A stretch of DNA of 64,000 nt from Patescibacteria group bacterium (lineage in GTDB: Bacteria; Patescibacteriota; Patescibacteriia; Buchananbacterales; UBA6539), in contig JBAZSB010000001.1 in the NCBI GenBank assembly GCA_041662625.1, positions 535,189 through 599,188 on the forward strand. The letters run 5' to 3'. The notes under the pieces were generated by a model that worked only from the letters and a program-made list of their open reading frames with translations, had not been told where the DNA came from and did not search any database. Of the stretch, positions 58,701-64,000 are shown piece after piece. Positions within the stretch are counted from its first letter, which is position 1, and every line of letters begins with the position of its first letter. The position numbers were made by a program, and so were the translations under genes.

Positions 58701-59695
58701 CCGCTTTGACAGATATCAGGCGCTAGACATTGAAACGGACCAAGATCATCAGCCACCGATTCATGAGCATTAACGCACACACCACCGGCCCCATCCGCGC
58801 AGGCCTGGCAAGCCTGGCTGCATTCAGCTTCCAGCCCAAAATCAGTATCGCCCGCCCCAGCGGGGTTGGGGGTCCGATTAATACAGCTGCCACCAAAACA
58901 ATAAGTACACTCCCCTTCACAATGATTACCTTCCTGACTATTAGGCTGGGCACCACACTGTTTAGTTGGCTGACAACGCTGGCAAGGATTACAGTAATTA
59001 TCATTGCCATGGCCAGGGGTAGGACCTTCCCAGCAACAAGTTATCCCGCCTGGTCCCAATTTCCCGGCACAAGTGAAATCCGCACAATCAGCAAAGCCGT
59101 TGCCATCTTCATCACCACTGATATTACAAATTTCCTGGACACAGTTAGAAGCACCCAAGCAATCTGTTGTATCATTGCAATCAACTAAACCATCGCAGTC
59201 ATTATCAAAACCGTCATCACAAGTTAATTCCTTGGGATTATTACTGACTGAATCAAATTCAAAATATGCACTATGGTTAGTGTAAACCTCATTGTTACAA
59301 GCTGGATAAGTACCGTCAGCTAAACGGTTAACTCGAGAGCCAATGCAAACCCCGCTCTGCAAAGGACAGGGGTGGCTGGCACTAGGAACACACTGACAGT
59401 CAGGGTCAAAGCCATCAGTTAAACCATCACAATCATTATCCTTGCCGTCGCTGGAACTAAATTCAATAAATTCAAAAAAAGGTCGGCTATAATAAGTAGC
59501 CATGCTGCAATCAACGAATTGGCCACTGGATGGGCACTGCTCTTGCAACCCAGTACACTCCCCTTCATTGCGAAGGCAGGACATCGGCGTACCGGGGGTA
59601 CAAGAAGCAGCATAAATATTAAAAACGGCAACAACTAAACCAAAAAATATTATTACTAGGCTAAAAATTAAATAGTTTTTCCGAAAAAACTTCAT
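55724..59695 (-). CDS. Giant secreted Cys/Asp-rich surface protein
   Basis: Signal/TM N-terminus; many CxDGxDNDxDG..DCxD and CGDGxCE repeats. Confidence 0.85.
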   Translation of the reverse strand: MKFFRKNYLIFSLVIIFFGLVVAVFNIYAASCTPGTPMSCLRNEGECTGLQEQCPSSGQFVDCSMATYYSRPFFEFIEFSSSDGKDNDCDGLTDGFDPDCQCVPSASHPCPLQSGVCIGSRVNRLADGTYPACNNEVYTNHSAYFEFDSVSNNPKELTCDDGFDNDCDGLVDCNDTTDCLGASNCVQEICNISGDEDGNGFADCADFTCAGKLGPGGITCCWEGPTPGHGNDNYCNPCQRCQPTKQCGAQPNSQEGNHCEGECTYCFGGSCINRTPNPAGAGDTDFGLEAECSQACQACADGAGGVCVNAHESVADDLGPFQCLAPDICQSGSCVTVTPINQCNNSSDDDGDGRVDFPSDPGCSSASDSSELNLAIECDDNIDNDSDSRVDLADIGCTSLTDIDESNCGDGVCEGSETSASCATDCGAVTACNNGLDDDSDGQIDYPADPGCSNSNDNSELNSAIECDDGLDNDGDGQRDLADSGCADSIDTDESNCGDGACEGGETPLSCASDCGAATACNNGLDDDSDGQTDFPADPGCSSGSDTSELNPAVQCDDGTDNDGDSQRDLADSGCTNLTDNDESNCGDGACEGGETCDTASCPADCGCGTELCCSGVCQPPACDATGDCNDSNSCTIDSCSNPSQCNAVCSYTTITTCTNSDSCCPVSCNALTDNDCSPVCGNGVCETPSETPTNCSLDCGQCVAGVDTRPCSLTQGVCSGARETCADIGGGRGAWQGCTTTTYTSWATAHGNVYEVGTELTCNDSDNNDCDTSTDCADSDCTGKSGPGGFTCCLNAGHCTAYGGDCLYRDCDVGDTYTCRYCDRTSPTCLDGSTNPAYLANWCGACGQCTPSGNNYDCQTKTPDSCLTSTECGVCKGSGSNPVVYQCGVPVSPANDRCSAVCSECNPATLDCQYIYNNIDCNGSNQCCEVGYSCQGSTPNPPICATCDDADLDGVCDENDVCPYDPDNDDPAKGADGDGLCAVGCNSGVSRTGTKTNGWICRYNSSVTYDTCQGGASGAGNNCTSANSCLLVFGAEDYMNIYINGKMMTGNLFLPKYKICNGGGKDGKECDIDSDCLGGTCVDFAANPRAVPLTPTNSVNPSVTGAYFNVSNYLVSGMNVIALEAYDEEQTTPTVIRNRALRGAIANYNDTGLCTLMGGVNPVLRTYRLSATDPASPAYQSYMPLKCYVKDTGERCVGGSNEGNLCPNGASDCPGGTCVETSNPNYPPADAQGDDWKKISYDYSSWTYANSSCYQDTFPLCQSINANSSTLIDTRIYVSKYSQTTPAGTRMPWSIWGAHSRFVSPGPSYESSHIYCRFEYNR
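57872..58672 (-). repeat. Three intragenic repeats with a 267-bp (89-aa) period
   Basis: CNN..DDD.DG..D.P.DPGCS...SELN...CDD..DND...CGDG.CEG.ET units start at about 58672, 58405 and 58138. Confidence 0.8.
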
Positions 59696-59721
59696 AAATT
59701 TAAATAATATTTTCGCTCTAT

Positions 59722-62700
59722 CTATGGTGAACAATTAAAATCACAATCACAACTGTTAGCACAGCTGCCACAACTGGTACCAAGCGATGGGCAAGTTTCG
59801 GTACAAGGAGTAAAAGCTTGGTTACATCTAACACACCGCCGGGTCAAATAATAAGCGCTAGACTGCATTCCCACACCATCTTGATTTAAAACATAAAAAA
59901 CTTCCCAGCGGCCATTAGTGATTCTGTCTGTAGCACTTTCCGGCCAAGGATCAGGCGTCACCCGCCGCACCCTCTGATTGCTGGCATCCCACTTAACTTG
60001 AAAATACTGTCCGGAATGAGCAACGGATTTAATGGCCACCAATGAACCAGGCTGGATACCAGCTTTAGCAGTGGAAGCATCTTGTAAAACTTCAAACTGT
60101 AAAGTTTGTTCTGATCCACCAAGGCGGAACCGATGATATGAATCCTCAGCATCCGTATTAAAGCCCCAGCCAGAGAACTTAAAATTCGAGCTTGAAGGTA
60201 ATATACTACCCGTACCACCAGCGGTACCAGTTATTGTAAATTGGATTGCATTAGTAAGAGAAGTTACACCTTTAGCATAGGTTATACCGCCCTCAACATC
60301 TCCACCAATGTATTGATTCCCGCCTTCGGGTATATCACAGCTAAGAGTATGACTAGCCGTAACCAAAGTCACCACGTCGCCGTCTTTAATTGGACAGGCA
60401 TATTCCGGTGTATTAATAGTCTCTGTACCCAAACAGCAGCCGTCATTAGAAGAATTCTGGCAGCCAGAATAGGTTTTTGTCGTATTCGGGCAGCCGGTTT
60501 TGGTACAAGTCACAGCGATATCACCATCAGTGCAGTTACTGCTGCAAGGCGGCTGAGAAGGGCAAGTCCAAGTGCCGTCATTAATATTGTCACAATTCAC
60601 CTCTAATCTACAAACATCTGCTCCAGCCTGACTTTTGCAGGTAAAACCGGTGCCGGCATTGGCACAGTCGACAGAAACACCTGACGGTGGCGTAGCCGTT
60701 TGATGAATTTCCGTCTGAGGACTACCAAGACACTGCCATTCCCGCAAATCAGTAGCAGAGGCACAAGTATCAACACAACTATAAAGTTTGTAACCACTAA
60801 CCGTATCTTGATCGCGTAAGCTGCAATCAGCATCAGTGATGGTGGCGCCACCAGGCGGCCGCACCAAGACTTCACCGCCGGCCTTCAAATCATCAGCTGA
60901 TTCATCAAACATCTGATCAGAATCATAACAATAATATACAGTCGAATTGCAGCAGCTGAAACAATCTCTATCCAGGCAGTCTATGTAATTGTCACCGTCA
61001 TTATCAGTACGATCGTCACAGTTACCCATAGGAGGAGGATTACAACTCTCAGCAGAACAGTCTGCCGAACAAGTGCTTGTATTTTCGCCCGGATCACAAG
61101 TACCATTACCGCAAAAACAATCACTATGACAATTGGCAGTTGTTTCGCCCGGATCACAAGTACCATCGCCGTCACAGACCGAGGAACAATCAGTTGAGCA
61201 GCTGGCTGCAGTTTCACCGGTATCACAAGTATCATTGCCGCAAAAACAATCATGAGAGCAATTGGACGTGCTTTCTCCGGAATCGCAAGTATTATTGTTA
61301 TTACAAGTTGTTGGACTGACTGAACAATCAGGATAATTTTCTGGACCGACTAAAGGATTAGTGTCATCACAGTCCGGCCCATTGCAGAAAGAATTCAAAT
61401 AACCATCACTATCGGCATCACATGACGGGCAGTAAGCCAAAAGAACATTACTAATCTGTAAATTATCGACATAAGCTGACAAACTATTGACTTTCCAAAC
61501 CCGGGCAGCCGGATCAACACAAAGGTTGTCAGGCAAAGTTAGACTCTGACCAGCAAAAATTGCTTCTCCGCTATCATCATATAATTGGTTGAAATCGCTT
61601 TCAGCGCCAGTGCCAACCTGGGCCTTAAAGCTACCAGTGATTCGACTGATAATACTTTCGCTGATATCAGTGTATAAAGTGCCAATATTAGTGTTAGAAA
61701 AACAATAACCATTAGCCGTACCGCAAGCAATAGTACCATTATTGGACGACCAACTGTTCATGTCGTTGATATTAATATCATAACCAAAAGCAGCAGTATA
61801 TATCTTGATCCCATAAATCTCCTTAGCGTTACTGGCCGCCCCACTGACGTCACCAGATGTCGGATTTCCGTCACTCATCAAAATCATAATTTTTTCATCA
61901 GCGCCAGAACTGTTAAGTAAATCAGTGGCCGTATTAATTCCTTCGGCAGTATAAGTACCACCAATCGTCAGGTAGCCATCAATTATTGGCTTGAGGACTG
62001 AATCAAACTGATCAACATAGCAAAAAGAAGAGCTACTCTCACAACTGCCACTAACATTATCTTCGGCATCGTTACTAAAAGTAACTAAACCAATTTTAAT
62101 TTTATCTTCAGCTTCAGCAATCTTAAAACTATCAATCACTGTTTTTAAGGCCGGCTTAAGTTCTGGAATCGGCTCCACATTATTACATTTAGTATAATCA
62201 TCACAATCTTCCACTATGCAAAGCGCCGGCGGTTCACCAGTCCAACAGCCTGGAAGAAGACCCCAACAATGGTTACAATCTATACCGGGATCATTCATAC
62301 TGGTTGATAAATCAGTCACCAAAACCACAGCTACAGAATTAAGCGGCTCCCCACCGGTAATCCGAGCATCAAAAGATATCCCTTGACTGGCACTGCACTC
62401 CGGCACACCTAAACTAACTTGACCAACATCAGAGAAAGTGGCGGTTTTCTGATCCGCAGAGATATCAATATCACCGGCCGGATTAGGACTACTAAAATTG
62501 GCTTGCGCCGTCTGCCAGCCGCCGTTTTCACATGGACCACTAATATTACATTCACAGACGCTAAGAGCATTTTTGGTACAACCTAAGGCACAACTGCAGT
62601 CATCATTACATCTTGGCCCATCGCAGGCTTCACCCTCCTCCCACTGAACTATATTATCACCGCATTCACCAGCTCCTTTGGTTCTTTGGGTTCGGCAGTT

Positions 62701-64000
62701 GTCACACCATTTACATTCTTCCTCGGAACTATAATCGGGAACACAAGCCACGTTATTATTAGTTGTACATTCCCAGCTTTGCCCAGCAGGTGTGAAAGGT
62801 AGGGTTTGCCGGCCGTCACTGCAATCGCAAACTTCACCGCGGAACGAATCAATAATGCCGTCCCCGCAATCCGGGTCATTATATAAATCACCTTTACTGT
62901 CACAAATCGAACCTAAGGAATCTAAGTCAAAATCAACTTGAGAATTTAAATGCTGAGCACCAGTCACATCCAGCCAAGAACTGACTACCGGATTGGCACA
63001 ATTAATTTCCACGCCGAATTGATCATGACAAGTTGGCCCGTATGGCCCGCCCGGACAATTATCTAAATCACTAAACTTATTATTAGCTGGATCGGCCGTA
63101 GTGAAATTATAGAATTGATTACTGGGTGACTGGCAGGCTTGGAAGTGTCGCTCATAGGTTGAGAAGCTGGCCTGGTTCACGCTTTGCGGATCGAAATCAT
63201 GAGTATAAAAGGTGTAATCACCTAAACCATCACGGTCAAAATCAAGGCAGGTGTCACAAATATAGCCGTACTGATCATTGTCAAAATTTTCCTGCAACGG
63301 ATTATAACAAGGTTGAGTCCCTTCAACGTCAACAGAAATTAAATCTTGCAGTCGATCGTAAGAAGCATTAATGTCACGACCACCGTAACAATAAGTACAG
63401 TTAGTGTAATCATCACAATTATCGCAAGTAGCATTATTACTTGACCAACTGTCCATTGCATCCCTTAATGCAGCCAAGTCTGTGTAAGCGATTGAATAAA
63501 CCTTAATCTGATCATTATCTTTAGCAGTTGTAAAATTAGCTATTGGATCTATTGGGCTACCCACACTTGGCACACCATCGCTCATGATAATAACAATTTT
63601 ATTTTGCCCAACTACGGAATTAAGTAAATTGCGGGCCAAAGCTATTGCCGCATTAGTATTAGTACCGGTAGGAGATGAAGTATAATTTTCAATAATATTA
63701 GTTTTCATTTCATTACTTTTGTCCGAGCGACAGAAACCACTACTGCATAAGCTAAGGGTATCATTCACTGCAGTGCCAGAATAGCCGATTAAGGCAATAG
63801 AAACAGACAACGAAGGCGAAGCTGCTTCTAAACCAAATAAACGATCAACTGTATCTTTTAAAGCCGGCTTCATTTGATTTAATCTGCTTTCGGCCGGTAA
63901 AGAGCAGGTGGCAGGCTGAATAGTACAAGGTCCAGAGTCACAACTATCATCCGTACACCAATCCATACTAATAGAAAGATCAGTTAAAAACACAATATAA
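59722..64000 (-). CDS. Giant Cys-rich protein with at least two vWA domains (5'-truncated by the window edge)
   Basis: YIVFLTDLSISM and VLVTDLSTSM MIDAS motifs, MSDG motifs, CGxGxCDxGET repeats; frame open to 64000. Confidence 0.85.
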   Translation of the reverse strand, partial: YIVFLTDLSISMDWCTDDSCDSGPCTIQPATCSLPAESRLNQMKPALKDTVDRLFGLEAASPSLSVSIALIGYSGTAVNDTLSLCSSGFCRSDKSNEMKTNIIENYTSSPTGTNTNAAIALARNLLNSVVGQNKIVIIMSDGVPSVGSPIDPIANFTTAKDNDQIKVYSIAYTDLAALRDAMDSWSSNNATCDNCDDYTNCTYCYGGRDINASYDRLQDLISVDVEGTQPCYNPLQENFDNDQYGYICDTCLDFDRDGLGDYTFYTHDFDPQSVNQASFSTYERHFQACQSPSNQFYNFTTADPANNKFSDLDNCPGGPYGPTCHDQFGVEINCANPVVSSWLDVTGAQHLNSQVDFDLDSLGSICDSKGDLYNDPDCGDGIIDSFRGEVCDCSDGRQTLPFTPAGQSWECTTNNNVACVPDYSSEEECKWCDNCRTQRTKGAGECGDNIVQWEEGEACDGPRCNDDCSCALGCTKNALSVCECNISGPCENGGWQTAQANFSSPNPAGDIDISADQKTATFSDVGQVSLGVPECSASQGISFDARITGGEPLNSVAVVLVTDLSTSMNDPGIDCNHCWGLLPGCWTGEPPALCIVEDCDDYTKCNNVEPIPELKPALKTVIDSFKIAEAEDKIKIGLVTFSNDAEDNVSGSCESSSSFCYVDQFDSVLKPIIDGYLTIGGTYTAEGINTATDLLNSSGADEKIMILMSDGNPTSGDVSGAASNAKEIYGIKIYTAAFGYDININDMNSWSSNNGTIACGTANGYCFSNTNIGTLYTDISESIISRITGSFKAQVGTGAESDFNQLYDDSGEAIFAGQSLTLPDNLCVDPAARVWKVNSLSAYVDNLQISNVLLAYCPSCDADSDGYLNSFCNGPDCDDTNPLVGPENYPDCSVSPTTCNNNNTCDSGESTSNCSHDCFCGNDTCDTGETAASCSTDCSSVCDGDGTCDPGETTANCHSDCFCGNGTCDPGENTSTCSADCSAESCNPPPMGNCDDRTDNDGDNYIDCLDRDCFSCCNSTVYYCYDSDQMFDESADDLKAGGEVLVRPPGGATITDADCSLRDQDTVSGYKLYSCVDTCASATDLREWQCLGSPQTEIHQTATPPSGVSVDCANAGTGFTCKSQAGADVCRLEVNCDNINDGTWTCPSQPPCSSNCTDGDIAVTCTKTGCPNTTKTYSGCQNSSNDGCCLGTETINTPEYACPIKDGDVVTLVTASHTLSCDIPEGGNQYIGGDVEGGITYAKGVTSLTNAIQFTITGTAGGTGSILPSSSNFKFSGWGFNTDAEDSYHRFRLGGSEQTLQFEVLQDASTAKAGIQPGSLVAIKSVAHSGQYFQVKWDASNQRVRRVTPDPWPESATDRITNGRWEVFYVLNQDGVGMQSSAYYLTRRCVRCNQAFTPCTETCPSLGTSCGSCANSCDCDFNCSP

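Overview
Chromosomal window from an AT-rich bacterium whose gene content and style (extended ribosomal proteins, split comEC, CPR-type surface proteins, mostly SD-less core genes) point to Patescibacteria/CPR; this is an inference. Almost everything lies on the minus strand. Left to right: start of the S10 operon and the str operon (rpsC to rpsL); rpmB; a ProXp/YbaK editing gene; a tRNA-Pro(GGG) nested inside a disrupted outer tRNA-Pro; a promoter-and-terminator-bounded structured ncRNA candidate; and then (12.4-22.3 kb) five modules built as sigma70 promoter > leader peptide > attenuator > payload > terminator. The leaders are rich in Trp/Phe/Tyr, Pro, Leu, Val and Ile. Two control expected enzymes (pheA-aroF, cimA), two control orphan genes, and the Pro leader controls a tRNA-Pro-like RNA with no normal anticodon loop. 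Further right: ndk, comEC, an adenosine/SAM salvage cluster (ahcY, pfkB kinase, mtnP, apt) with two PEP-utiliser mobile-domain genes, glnA with an ANTAR RNA element next to a GAF-ANTAR gene, sugar epimerases, frameshifted prfB, surface proteins, a cobalamin-riboswitch operon beside cobO/btuR and nrdJ, ftsZ/ftsA/ybeY, and giant Cys-rich/vWA surface proteins. A small CCCC..GGGG hairpin insertion family and many degenerate 7/9-mer intergenic arrays are also present. All calls were made by eye, with no database searches or folding software.
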